In this document: positions 42,697-55,663 of the stretch, piece by piece | Position numbering within the stretch: the first letter of the stretch is position 1 | Layout: the number at the start of each line of letters is the position of its first letter | Source: an uncultured Chloroflexia bacterium | GTDB taxonomy: Bacteria > Chloroflexota > UBA6077 > JACCZL01 | Assembly: GCA_963765765.1 (NCBI GenBank) | Contig: CAVXYC010000014.1 | Location: 318,590-382,589, forward strand | Length of the DNA: 64,000 nucleotides | Direction: 5' to 3' | Notes under the pieces: generated by a model | What the model saw: the letters and a program-made list of their open reading frames with translations, nothing else | Told to the model about the DNA's origin: nothing | Databases searched by the model: none | Translations under genes and position numbers: made by a program

Positions 42697-44207
42697 GCGT
42701 CGCGCCCGCCGCCTCGGCCGTCTCCGCAGCCCCGCGCACCCTCGCGCGCCGGCTGCTGCCCTTGCAGGTAGCGGTGGGGCTGCAGGGGATGCTCCTCTGG
42801 GTGCCCGTCGAGAAGCTGTTCATGACCCAGATCGGATTCGACCCCGGCTCAGTCGGCGTCATGGCCGCCGCGTACGCCGCCGTCGTGCCGCTGCTCGAGG
42901 TGCCGTCCGGCATCCTCGCCGACCGGTGGAGTCGTGCCCGGGTGATGGTCTGCGCCAGCATTGCCCTGAGCGCGAGCTCGCTGGTCGGCGGCCTGAGCAC
43001 GAACGTCCCGATGTACGTGGCGGCGGCGCTGCTCCTCGGCGTCTTCTTCGCGCTCAACTCGGGCACGATCGACAGCATCGTCTACGACGTCGTGCTGGAG
43101 GAGACCGGCTCGAGCGACGGCTACGAGGCCTGGATCGGCCGGGTCCGCATGGTCGAGAGCGGCGCGCTCGTCGCGAGCGCCCTCGCGGGCGGCGTCCTCG
43201 CCGGCTGGACGTCCGCTCAGCTCACCTACTTCGTGTCAGTGCCGTTCGTCGCCCTGGCGATCGTGGCGTTCCTGCGCTTCGACGAGCCACGCCTGCACCG
43301 CTCCGCCGAACCGGTCGCGCTGCGCGCGCACGTCGCCCTGACCTTCCGGACGCTGACTCGCCAGTCAGATGTGCGCCGAGTCGTGTTGCTCGCCGCGCTC
43401 GTGGCGGTGCTCTCGCAGGCCGTCTTCGAGTTCGGGCCGCTCTGGCTCGTCGCGCTCGACGCGCCGGCCGCGCTGTACGGGCCCTACTGGGCCGCGCTCG
43501 TCTCGACGCTTGGCGTCGGCGGCTACATCATGAGCAAGCTCGATCTCGATCGCCGCACGGCCGTGTTCGCGCTTGCACTCCTCGGGCCCGCGGCCGGGCT
43601 CGCTCTGGTCCAGACCGGTTCGCTCGCCGTGGTGATCGGCGGCCAGGTGGTGCTCGCCCTGTCGTCGGCGGTAATCGGCATCCGCGCCGGGCGGTTGCTC
43701 CACGACGGCGTGCCGTCGGCCGTCAGGGCCGGGGTCGCCTCCGGCGTCGGAACCTTCTCCTGGATGCTCTTCCTGCCGTTCTCGCTCGTCCTCGGATGGT
43801 TCGCCCGCGAGCACGGCGTCCAACCGTCGGGGTGGTTTCTGGTTGCCGCGGCGTCACTCGTCGGAGCCCTGCTCATCGCCTCCGCCGTCCGCCGCCCCGC
43901 CCCTCTCGGGGCAGCGCCGGGCGAGCGCGCGCCGGCGCCTGAAGAGCTGGCCTGCAAGGAGCTGGTCGAGCTCGTTACCGACTACCTGGACGGGGTGCTC
44001 CCACGCGACCTCCGAGACGAGCTCCGGAGACACCTTTCCGGTTGCGACGGCTGCACCGAGTACGTCCGCCAGATTAGCGCCACAGTGCGTGCCCTCCAAG
44101 CAGCCGACCTCCAGCTCGCACCCCGAGCCGGGGTCACCGTCGCCACCGGTCCGCACGGCGATAACCCCCAATCCACGGCTCAATCCGCATCTGTCCCGGA
44201 CGACTGA
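42693..44207 (+). CDS. MFS transporter fused to a C-terminal zf-HC2 (ZAS) anti-sigma domain
   Basis: LLEVPSGILADRWSR MFS motif and 12-TM pattern, continuing in frame into LACKELVELVTDYLDG...HLSGCDGC. Confidence 0.85.
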   Translation: MSVAPAASAVSAAPRTLARRLLPLQVAVGLQGMLLWVPVEKLFMTQIGFDPGSVGVMAAAYAAVVPLLEVPSGILADRWSRARVMVCASIALSASSLVGGLSTNVPMYVAAALLLGVFFALNSGTIDSIVYDVVLEETGSSDGYEAWIGRVRMVESGALVASALAGGVLAGWTSAQLTYFVSVPFVALAIVAFLRFDEPRLHRSAEPVALRAHVALTFRTLTRQSDVRRVVLLAALVAVLSQAVFEFGPLWLVALDAPAALYGPYWAALVSTLGVGGYIMSKLDLDRRTAVFALALLGPAAGLALVQTGSLAVVIGGQVVLALSSAVIGIRAGRLLHDGVPSAVRAGVASGVGTFSWMLFLPFSLVLGWFAREHGVQPSGWFLVAAASLVGALLIASAVRRPAPLGAAPGERAPAPEELACKELVELVTDYLDGVLPRDLRDELRRHLSGCDGCTEYVRQISATVRALQAADLQLAPRAGVTVATGPHGDNPQSTAQSASVPDD

Positions 44208-44281
44208 CGCCTGCGGCGCCTTAGGTGGATTGAGATTGCGCGAGCAGGGCCTCCGCCCGTAGAGAAGCGGTGAGGGCCAAT

Positions 44282-44365
44282 TCAGGCGGCTTTCAGGAAG
44301 GGCTTCAGGCCGCCCGCGAATCGCCGCTGCGCTCGAAAGCGGTAGAGCAGGACGAGCTGCCAGCG
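44282..44365 (-). mobile_element. possible transposase C-terminal remnant
   Basis: stitched QLVLLYRFERSGD..GLKPFLKAA* resembles a DDE transposase C-terminus seen in Chloroflexota (recollection, not searched). Confidence 0.35.
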
Positions 44366-44527
44366 ACGGGGTACGTCGTCGGCGCACGGACGATCCGCCG
44401 CACCTCGCACGGCGTGGGCTGGCGCTGGAAGCGTCCGACCATCCCTTTGTCTATGTCTCGAAGTGCTCTGCACGAGCGCCGTATAGCCAGCACCAAGTGC
44501 AAGACATCGCGGAAACAGCGCAGGCAG

Positions 44528-45385
44528 CTAGTCGCCGCTCATCCCGCTGGGGAGATTCGCGACCGCGCCGGTGATCGCCGACGCCTGAAGGAACTCGAGG
44601 GTAGTCCGAGCGCACACGTCCGCGTCCGTTATAGCCGCATGAAATGAATCGCCAGGGATCACCACGAGCCGTGAGTCGGAAATTTGCTCCTGCCACGCCC
44701 GCGTCTCCTGGACGCTGGCCAGACTACTGCCCTCGGTGGTGATCACCAGGGTTGGACAGGTAATGCGTGGCACGTCGTCGGTGATGTCAGCCATGTTCAC
44801 GCCCGCGTGAAAGCCGATCGACGTCTCCACCGACGTTCGGCACATGAAGTCGGTCCACCACTCCTTGGCCTCGGGCGGAAACGTGCTGCCCAGCCGGCTG
44901 CCCATGCTGGAGCTTGCCCATTCACGCATCGATTGCTCGCCGTTGGTCTGGAGATCGTGCAGCCGAGTGCGCAATGACTCCTGATCGTTGCGTGTTGGGG
45001 GCGGCGAGCCAACGACGGTGAGCGTCTTGACCCTGTCTGGTCGGCGCGCGGCAAACGCCCGGGCAATAGTGCCACCAATCTTCGCTCCTACGAGATGGAA
45101 TTGTTCCACTTTCAGCGAGTCCATCAGCCGCACAAAATCATCAATGACCAGATCCAGGCTCCAGACGAAGGAGCGCGGCATCGGTGTTGAGGCGCCGAAC
45201 CCCCGCATGTCGGGGCGGACGGTGCGGAAGTGACGTGCAAGATGGGGAACCCAGCCGAACCAGGCCAGGCCGCTCTCGCAGTTTCCATGGAGCAGAAGAA
45301 CAGTCTCGCGTGCAGTCCACGGATCCGTGAAATCGTCCTGCTCGTAGTGCATCACGTAGCCGGGCGCGAGCTGAAAATCAGACAT
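44528..45385 (-). CDS. alpha/beta fold hydrolase
   Basis: DDFTDPW, LLLHGN, PDMRGFG, GAKIGG elbow (no Ser nucleophile), DSFH. Confidence 0.9.
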   Translation of the reverse strand: MSDFQLAPGYVMHYEQDDFTDPWTARETVLLLHGNCESGLAWFGWVPHLARHFRTVRPDMRGFGASTPMPRSFVWSLDLVIDDFVRLMDSLKVEQFHLVGAKIGGTIARAFAARRPDRVKTLTVVGSPPPTRNDQESLRTRLHDLQTNGEQSMREWASSSMGSRLGSTFPPEAKEWWTDFMCRTSVETSIGFHAGVNMADITDDVPRITCPTLVITTEGSSLASVQETRAWQEQISDSRLVVIPGDSFHAAITDADVCARTTLEFLQASAITGAVANLPSGMSGD

Positions 45386-45880
45386 GGAACTGCCCCTTTG
45401 TCAGTTGCTGTGGCCGTCAATAACCCTGGGATCTGATTGACTGGCCCGGGTCGTAGTGTGGAATTCATTGCGCCATCTCCTCCGAAATCCCCAGTCTGGC
45501 GATCGCGAGAGGACGGCGGAATGAATTCCGCACTACGAGCCTCCGCTTACTCCTTCACTGCGTCGCACCGCCGCATCAGAGCTCTGGATGCCGCTCCGTC
45601 CACTGCGTCACCTGCTCGTATGCATGGGCAACGCGGTAGATCCGCGCCTCGGTGACCAACTATATCCTCGGCAGCAGCTCGTAGCCCCCTCCGCCTCGCG
45701 GTCCACGGAACCTCGTGCGGCGCCAAATTCCCCAGACGCCGCCGGAGAACCACTTAGTGGGCCTTCTTTAAACCCGCCACGTGTCAAATCTGCCGCTGCG
45801 ATCCTCATCTGGACGGCCCATCCTGCTAAACGGCGTCGACCAAAAGCAGGTCGTGACGGCGAGTAGCATTGTCCGATCCG

Positions 45881-46750
45881 TCAGGCCTGCTCGATAACCT
45901 CTCGCAGCTTCGCCGCGAACGCGTCCGGCTGGCCCGTCTGGCCGTACTCGCCGCCGAGGAAGCCGCCGTGATGGCTCGGGAAAATGACCGGCTCTGTGCC
46001 GAGCCGCTCTGCGGCCGCAACGGCTGCGCGATAGGTTAGCTGGTCCTCCGACTCTGCCCCCGCCGCGATCACGACGCGCGTCGGCGCCGCGCGGATAGCG
46101 TCCCATTCGGGCTGATACTCAGGCTCGGCATCCGGGTCCGGACTGAGAAGCGGATCGTCGCGGGTACCGTCATCGCCGGTCGGCAGTCCGAACATGGCCG
46201 GATTGGGAGCGGGCTGACTGGCCCAGTCGTCGGGGAACGTGCCCGTGTGGCTCGTCATCGCGATAAAGTGGGCCATGCCGGCTCCGAAGCCGTCGCGCAT
46301 GTAGGTTTGGTGGACTGCGCGGAACGCGGCCCGGGCCGCGTTCCTGTCCGGCAGTATGTCGACGAGTGGCGGCTCGTGCGCTACGAGCACCCGCACGTCC
46401 TTCGGGAACTTCGAGACGAGCGCGAGCGCGTTCACTGCGCCGCCGCTGCTGGCGAACAGGTCGACGGGCAGGCCCCCAAGAACCTGGATGAGTCGATGCA
46501 GATCATCGGCGTGGACAGCGGGCGTCGCGAGGCTCGCGGCGTCGGTCTTAACGCTGCGGTCGCATCCCCGCGGGTCGTAAGTGACAATGGTGCGGTCAGG
46601 AAAGTGGCCGGCAAGCGTGCCGAAGCCGGCGGCGCCCATCGGTGAGCCGATCAGCAACAGACTTGGTTCCTTGCTCTCGCTATTGCGCCGGACATCGTAG
46701 GCCAGCGTGGCACCTGCCACGTCCAGAGTCCGGGTCGTCGTCGCGGTCAT
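45881..46750 (-). CDS. alpha/beta fold hydrolase (actinobacterial-type)
   Basis: LLLIGSPMGAAGF, TYDPRG, ASSGGA, VAHEPP, FPSHHGGF; AGAGG RBS. Confidence 0.9.
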   Translation of the reverse strand: MTATTTRTLDVAGATLAYDVRRNSESKEPSLLLIGSPMGAAGFGTLAGHFPDRTIVTYDPRGCDRSVKTDAASLATPAVHADDLHRLIQVLGGLPVDLFASSGGAVNALALVSKFPKDVRVLVAHEPPLVDILPDRNAARAAFRAVHQTYMRDGFGAGMAHFIAMTSHTGTFPDDWASQPAPNPAMFGLPTGDDGTRDDPLLSPDPDAEPEYQPEWDAIRAAPTRVVIAAGAESEDQLTYRAAVAAAERLGTEPVIFPSHHGGFLGGEYGQTGQPDAFAAKLREVIEQA

Positions 46751-47719
46751 GATGTCCCTCCTTGGATAGCTAGGGCTTTGAACAGCCCGGCAGTAAAGTT
46801 CCTCATTGGAATTTCTCCGTCTGGCTGGCTTGTGAGAATTCCATCTGTGAATTGCCGCATGCCCTACGTTCTCTCCATGGCAGTCGTCCCTCCTCTTCCG
46901 CCATAGAGGCTGCTGCTCTTCATTCTCCTCAATGCGACAGTTTCTGGTTCCCCATGGTGTAGACGAAGGTGTTCGGTCCAGATCGACAGAGACCAGTAAG
47001 GACAAGGAGTAAATTCTTGACGGCGTCCTGGATCCAGTTAACTACCGCCGCACCACTAGCTCCTGATGTGGAGCCAACGCTGCATCATCCCAGCGGACGG
47101 CCGCTATGAGTGGGAAGCAATTCCTGGCGAGAAAAGGAAACCGCCGATTCACATCACGCTCAACAAGGGTTGGATATTGAGCAAAGCGGACCTACGTTTG
47201 GGACTTGGTCACACTGATAGAGGCTCACTAAGGAATCGCTAGCATGACCCAGAAAGACGGGGCGTCGAAAAGTCAGCCACATAGCGGCACGGGCTACAGC
47301 GGCGGAAGACGACATACAGGACGGGGAGCACGATCGACTCGCGGCGACCTGCCCGTGGTGGGGCGGTTTCTCTTAAGAGAGTTCCTTCGGACAGAGGTGA
47401 AGTTCTTTACTTCCTTCTATTAGTCGAACGCTATAAGTCGAACCCACGGGTGGCCGATCGACATCCATATCGACTTGCATCCACGGAATCCGCTGCCGGC
47501 AGACGGGCTGGCATTGGGTAGCGGAACAGATGTCGTCCTGCCAATTCGGATGAGGGGTGAACAGTCCGGATGGGCAGGCGAAGCTGGTGACGCGGGATAC
47601 CCTGGCCAGTTGATCTGCTGACGGATCAAGGGAGCCGGGTCTGCTCACAGAATCGGGGGCACCAGACGAACAGACTCCTATTCGAACCGACTGGCCGGCG
47701 GGTGGGGGCCGCATCGTCC

Positions 47720-47987
47720 CTAACCTTTCGCTCGGACCGCTGTCGTGCGCGACGAAGTGCGAATTGACGCGAGCCGGGTTCGCCCGTACGCGACGTATGC
47801 GGCAATCATCCCAACCACCAGCGGAATGAGCGCCAGAGCGGCGTCCATGGTGAGCAGACTGGTCATCGGTGCGCCGATCATGATGATCGCGAGCCCCCTA
47901 GCGGAGTCAGCCCCGGATAGATCCGCGTGAGTCCCGGCACAATCAGCCCGATTGCGCTAAGCCGGCAGCGAGTTGAAAATCAGACAT
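47720..47987 (-). pseudogene. chimeric scar: first ~10 codons of a hydrolase paralog joined to the 3' half of a DoxX-like gene
   Basis: MSDFQLAAGL (compare MSDFQLAPGY at 45385) followed by AIGLIVPGLTRIYPGLTPL..GLAIIMIGA...AYVAYGR. Confidence 0.65.
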
Positions 47988-48040
47988 GGAACCTGCCCCT
48001 CTGGCGATTGCTATCGCGATCAATATCGCCCGACGACTCG

Positions 48041-48185
48041 TGTCCTGTCCCAGAAGGTTCTATTAATATCCCTGGAGTTAATCGCTACCTCCGAGGACGC
48101 AGCATGCCCTCCAACTGGGAGAAGACCGCCGACGACATCCTCGCGAACATCCAGCGGTTTTGTCTACAACATCTGGGACAGGACA
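48041..48185 (+). mobile_element. IS630-derived miniature element (MITE-like, 145 bp)
   Basis: perfect 14-bp TIR tgtcctgtcccaga / tctgggacaggaca enclosing WEKTADDILANIQRFC, the typical IS630 transposase C-terminus. Confidence 0.75.
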
Positions 48186-48186
48186 G

Positions 48187-48630
<444 letters not shown>

Positions 48631-48662
48631 AATGACGGCATGAACATCACGATTCACGGAGC

Positions 48663-49082
48663 ATGACCGTCATGAACATCACCATTCACGCTTCCTTCCT
48701 TCCGCACGATGATCCAGACGCCTCCCTGGCGTTCTATCGCGACACCCTTGGGTTCGAGGTCCGCAACGATGTCGGAAACGGCAAGATGCGCTGGATCACG
48801 GTCGGCCCCGCCGACCAGCCCGACACGTCCATCGTCCTGGCGCCGCCTACCGCCGACCCCGGCACCACCGACGACGAGCGTCGCACCATCGCCGAGATGA
48901 TGGCCAAGGGCACCTACGCCATGCTTCTCCTGGCCACCAGAGACCTCGACGGCGCCTTCGAGCGGTTGCAGGCCAGCGATGCCGAGGTCGTCCAGGAGCC
49001 GACCGAGCAGCCGTACGGCGTTCGCGACTGCGCCGTCCGCGATCCCGCCGGCAACCTGGTCCGCATCCAGGAGCTGCGCTGA
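48663..49082 (+). CDS. VOC/glyoxalase-bleomycin resistance family protein
   Basis: SLAFYRDTLGFEV...EQPYGVRDCAVRDPAGN. Confidence 0.92.
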   Translation: MTVMNITIHASFLPHDDPDASLAFYRDTLGFEVRNDVGNGKMRWITVGPADQPDTSIVLAPPTADPGTTDDERRTIAEMMAKGTYAMLLLATRDLDGAFERLQASDAEVVQEPTEQPYGVRDCAVRDPAGNLVRIQELR

Positions 49083-49085
49083 GCC

Positions 49086-49508
49086 ATGGAAGCGTCCCTC
49101 CGCAACCCAGCCCTCGTCACCGCCAGGACCACCAGAGGCGCGGCTATCGGCTATTGGATCGCCACCGCGCTCTTCTCCTTACAGATAACGTTCACTGCCT
49201 ATGCGCAGCTGACTCTACCGCAGGTGGCGGAAGCGTTCACCCATCTCGGGTTTCCCGACTACTTCCGGGTGGAGCTCTCGTGGGCAAAATTCATCGGTGT
49301 GGCGCTACTGCTTGCGCCGGTCCCGGCGCGGCTCAAGGAATGGGTCTACGCGGGCTTCGCCATCGTTCTTGGCTCCGCGCTCATCGCCCATCTCGCGGTG
49401 GGCGATGGCCCAGAGGCGTGGGGCTGGGCGGCGGCCACCGGCGTGCTCTGGGCGCTCTCGTACTACTTCTGGCGCCGTCTGCAGGTCGCGCAACTTGAGT
49501 CGGAGTAA
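49086..49508 (+). CDS. DoxX-like family membrane protein
   Basis: HLGFPDYFRVELSWAK...RLKEWVYAGF. Confidence 0.88.
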   Translation: MEASLRNPALVTARTTRGAAIGYWIATALFSLQITFTAYAQLTLPQVAEAFTHLGFPDYFRVELSWAKFIGVALLLAPVPARLKEWVYAGFAIVLGSALIAHLAVGDGPEAWGWAAATGVLWALSYYFWRRLQVAQLESE

Positions 49509-49531
49509 ATCATGATGGAGAACGTGCCCCA

Positions 49532-49948
49532 ATGAGCGACGACGCCTCGGAGAAGATCACGAAGAGAATTCAGGAGCTTGGGGACTGGAGAGGCGAAGCA
49601 CTCACCCGGGTCCGCCAGCTCATTCACGACGCAGACCCCGAGATCGAGGAGGAGTGGAAATGGGAGAAGGCTACTTCCCCCGGAACTCCGGTCTGGTCTC
49701 ATGATGGCGACATCTGCACCGGGGAGTCGTACAAGGAGGTCGTGAAGCTCACCTTCTTCCGAGGCGCTTCCCTCGAGTGACCCCAGCAAGCTGTTCAACT
49801 CCAGTCTCGAGGGGAAGACGCGCCGAGCCATCGACATTCACGAAGGCGAGGAGCTCAATGAGGCCGACTTCAAGGCCTTGATCCGGTCCGCGGTGGCCGC
49901 CAATTCCGAGGCTCAGGCCTCACGCACATCTCGAAAAAGCAAACCGGC

Positions 49949-49952
<4 letters not shown>
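49532..49952 (+). CDS. DUF1801 family protein (frameshift ~49778)
   Basis: LGDWRGEAL...EEWKW...PVWSHDG...DPSKLFNSSLEG..RRAID; stop overlaps the next ATG. Confidence 0.85.
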
Positions 49953-52334
<2,382 letters not shown>

Positions 52335-52461
52335 CCCTGCCGGAGCAGCTGACCTGAGGCCATGAAGGGTAGTTGGTGTCAATCGGCTTTCAGCAGGCTA
52401 CCGTCAGGCATCAGCCGAGCCGGCTCCCGATGCCGCCTGACAGTGTCGGCTGCATGCCGTG

Positions 52462-52797
52462 TTAGGCCCTCAGTATCGATTTCACTTGTTCGCGCAAGCC
52501 CGGTATCCGATTCCGTACGACATCCCACACCAACTCGAAATCGACGCCAAAGTAGTCGTGGATCAGCCGGTCACGCATTCCTGCCATCGCCCGCCACTCC
52601 ACTTCCGGATGCGCGGCCCGAAACTCCTCGGGGACCTTCTTCGCGGCCTCGCCGATCACCTCGAGACTTCGAACGAATGCACGCCGCAAGGTTTCATCGG
52701 CGACGAACGCCTCGAATTCCAGGTTGCTCGAACGACCGGCCAAGTACTCGGCTTCCGCCAGGATGTGTTTCAGATAGTCATGCGGCTCGAAGGACAT
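52462..52797 (-). CDS. HepT-like RNase toxin (DUF86, HEPN)
   Basis: [11 protein letters not shown]...[19 protein letters not shown] (RxxxxH). Confidence 0.92.
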   Translation of the reverse strand: MSFEPHDYLKHILAEAEYLAGRSSNLEFEAFVADETLRRAFVRSLEVIGEAAKKVPEEFRAAHPEVEWRAMAGMRDRLIHDYFGVDFELVWDVVRNRIPGLREQVKSILRA

Positions 52798-53096
52798 CCT
52801 GTGCTTCCGCTAAGATGCGCGGCCCGATGAAGGGCGAAAGAGCCTCCGTCGTCACAAGTTCCACGTGGCGCCCGAGGCCGAGCTTCGAGGAGTTCAGAGA
52901 CCGCCAAGAACCTGGCATAGGATTTCCCGCCTGGCCTGAACTGCACCAGCAGATCGACATCGCTATCGACCCTGGGTTCCCCCCGCAGGACCGAACCGAA
53001 CAGCGCCAGTCGTGCAACACCGAGCGCCCGCAGCTCGCTCGCGCACGCCATTATGCGCTCGGTGGCTTGCTCGCGGTTCAGGACTGGCTCTGGCAT
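52778..53096 (-). CDS. minimal nucleotidyltransferase antitoxin (MntA-like; frameshift ~52878)
   Basis: [19 protein letters not shown]...GRHVELVT. Confidence 0.88.
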
Positions 53097-53219
53097 GGTA
53101 ACAGGGTATCCGTAATGCTCGTCGTGTTCCAGTCGGTTGGTCCAGAGGCCCAACGACCGGCGCTGACCCACGGACGCTATGAACGAGCGGCCGTCGGGTG
53201 CAGCGCCCTCGGCCGCGCA

Positions 53220-53320
53220 CGGCCGGATCGTCTTCGAGGGCACACCCGCCGACCTCGTCGCCGTCCGGTCCGACCCTCACCGGCGCAGCACCTCGCGGCG
53301 TTCGTCGGATCCTGACCTGC
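53220..53320 (+). repeat. second copy of the uvrA-like gene 3' end
   Basis: 44 nt identical to 52241-52284, then diverged through the stop codon. Confidence 0.9.
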
Positions 53321-53440
53321 TCGAATCAGTTGGTCTGCTGCCGCGAAGGAGAGCTATGTCAGTCGGTTTTGCAGAGGCCTATCGTCCAACTCCCAGCATG
53401 GTCTTGGAGCTCGTCATGCGGGATCGCTCGCGTGCCGCGC

Positions 53441-54367
53441 TTACGCCGACGCCAGGTGCCGCAACTTGTCCGGATTGCGCACGACATACAGCGCTCTAAC
53501 GACATCGTCCTCAATCTCGAACACGGCGGTCTGCACCGGTCCCTCGGGTCCGTCCACGATGACACCGGGCAGGCCGTTGATGGTTGCAAACCGCACAGTG
53601 AAGTCGTCGCGCCACCACGCACCTGGGCGTTTGCGCGTGGCGTCAACCAGGAATCGCGCCACGCGATCAGCTCCGTCGATCACGGTCTGCGCGGCCTTCA
53701 CCTTGCCGCCGCCGTCCGTCACGACGTGCACATCGCTTGCGAGCAGCTGCATCAGTGCATTGAGATCGCCCGACTGGGTTGCCGCTGCGAATGCAGAAAT
53801 GAGCTGCGCATGTTTGGAGTCGATCTCCCCCGAGCGCGCCGGGGGTGCAGTGACGCCACGTGGTCGTCGTGCGCGCACGTGCGTCCGCGCACGCGCGGCT
53901 AGCTGCCGACACGCCGCCTCGCTCCGCTCCAGTGCCGAAGCCACTTCGCTGAACGAGAAATCGAACACGTCGTGCAGCAGGAAGGCGGCCCGCTCGAGCG
54001 GCGACAGCCGGTCGAGCGTCAAGAGAAGCGCGATCGACAGATCCTCAGCCAGCTCCGTGCGGCTGTCGGGCGCGAGCGCTGTCGTGTCAACAACCGGCTC
54101 CGGCAGCCAGGGACCGACGTACTCCTCGTGCCGTGCACGCGCCGAGGTCAGCATATCGAGACAGATTCGCGTCATCGCGGTCATCAGAAACGCTCTCGGG
54201 TCCGACACTTTGTCGCGGTCGGCCCCATGCCAGCGCAGGTACGTCTCCTGCACCGCGTCCTCGGCGTCAGCCATCGACCCCAGCATGCGGTATGCGAGAC
54301 CGAGCAGGCGCCTGCGGTACGGCTCAAAGCTCGCGGCCGGATTCGACATTGCGCTCGTGGAGCTCAC
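53441..54367 (-). CDS. ECF41 / SigJ-family sigma factor with SnoaL-like extension
   Basis: LAYRMLGSMADAEDAVQE, YVGPWLPEP, DGGGK, NPDKL. Confidence 0.93.
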   Translation of the reverse strand: MSSTSAMSNPAASFEPYRRRLLGLAYRMLGSMADAEDAVQETYLRWHGADRDKVSDPRAFLMTAMTRICLDMLTSARARHEEYVGPWLPEPVVDTTALAPDSRTELAEDLSIALLLTLDRLSPLERAAFLLHDVFDFSFSEVASALERSEAACRQLAARARTHVRARRPRGVTAPPARSGEIDSKHAQLISAFAAATQSGDLNALMQLLASDVHVVTDGGGKVKAAQTVIDGADRVARFLVDATRKRPGAWWRDDFTVRFATINGLPGVIVDGPEGPVQTAVFEIEDDVVRALYVVRNPDKLRHLASA

Positions 54368-54765
54368 GTCATGCGACCCGGCTCTAACGCGATGCGGCGG
54401 GAGCGGGCCGTAGCGAGTCCGCCGAGGACCGCCGCGATCAGCCCCAACACCAGGGCCGCGGCGCCACCAACTACTCCGTTGCCGGTGCCGGGACCACCGT
54501 CGGCGGTGGCCAGAACCAGCACGCCGCTGACGACGGCGATGAGCCCCGCCACCAGAGCCACGATAGCTCCGAGTCGCCCGGAGGCGGTGCCGAAACGACT
54601 GTTGGGGCGAGCCAGAGCCAGTCCACCGATGACCACGCCGACCAGCGCCAGCACAGCGGCCGTGGTGGCCCAGAATCGGTCAGTGGTCAGGGTGTAAGCG
54701 CCGACGGCGTCCGGGTGGACCGAGAAGTCTGCGGCGCCCTGAATAAGAGCAAAAGTTTGTTCCAT
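54364..54765 (-). CDS. DUF6223-like membrane protein
   Basis: ATADGGPGTGNGVVG motif between TM helices; overlaps the sigma gene start. Confidence 0.75.
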   Translation of the reverse strand: MEQTFALIQGAADFSVHPDAVGAYTLTTDRFWATTAAVLALVGVVIGGLALARPNSRFGTASGRLGAIVALVAGLIAVVSGVLVLATADGGPGTGNGVVGGAAALVLGLIAAVLGGLATARSRRIALEPGRMT

Positions 54766-55077
54766 GGGTTCTCTCCTCTCCTATTATCCAAATCGAATGA
54801 GTTTCTATTGGAATGTTGCCTCCTGCTCGAACGTCTCCATGCCGCTCAGTCGAGCCCATCTGCACATGTCGCTGCTCCAGGCTCTAACAGTGAGACGGGA
54901 TAGGGCTTTGGAATGTGACATGGGTGCCACCACATGCTATTCGTTCATCTCACAGGCCAATGAGCCCCGGGCCGAAGGCGCGTAGCGCGCGGCGGATAGG
55001 GCTGTGCGGCGGAAACGGGCGATCACGAAAGGTGGTCGCGCCTAACGCTCGGCTGCAGGGGCCCGGGAAGAGGTCGC

Positions 55078-55154
55078 GAAGGCATGCTGTCAGACCTTCT
55101 TGCCGCCCGCCCCGCCCTCACCGGCGAACACCTCGCGGCATAGGTGGGTCGCTG
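55078..55154 (+). repeat. third, more degenerate copy of the uvrA-like gene 3' end
   Basis: gccgcccgc...ccctcaccggcgaacacctcgcggcatag aligns with 52281-52325. Confidence 0.75.
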
Positions 55155-55265
55155 GATGAAATGACGCTGGACGGCGAAGAAGCAATCTCCGGGGAGGATG
55201 TCCGAGCGACACGAGCGTGACCACCGTCGCCTCCGAGAAGCCGGAATCGCCCGTATACTCGTTTC

Positions 55266-55661
55266 ATGCCAGACGCGGACGACCCTTATCTCACCAAAGC
55301 CACTGAGAGCCTGGCGGGAGCCGAGAGCGAACTTTTGAATGCTCGGTACAACAATTCAGTCAGTCGCTCATACTATTCTTGCTTTCAGGCGGCAATTCAC
55401 GCTCTGCTTCAGAACAGCGTACAGCCGCGTGGCGCTCAAGATCAGTGGAGCCACGACTTCGTACAGGCACAGTTCGTTGGCCTTCTCATCAATCGGCGTA
55501 AGCTATATTCGGCGGACCTGCGACAGACCTTATTCCGCAACCTCAGTCTCCGCCACGAGGCCGACTACGGCCGCGCGAAGGTGACACAGCTCGAAGCATC
55601 GCGGGCCCTGCGACGATCTCACCAATTCTTCGATGCCATTCTTGGAAGGGAAGCGAGCTGA
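55266..55661 (+). CDS. HEPN domain protein (UPF0332-like)
   Basis: YLTKATESL...YNNSVSRSYYSCFQAAIHAL...LRHEADY. Confidence 0.85.
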   Translation: MPDADDPYLTKATESLAGAESELLNARYNNSVSRSYYSCFQAAIHALLQNSVQPRGAQDQWSHDFVQAQFVGLLINRRKLYSADLRQTLFRNLSLRHEADYGRAKVTQLEASRALRRSHQFFDAILGREAS

Positions 55662-55663
55662 TC

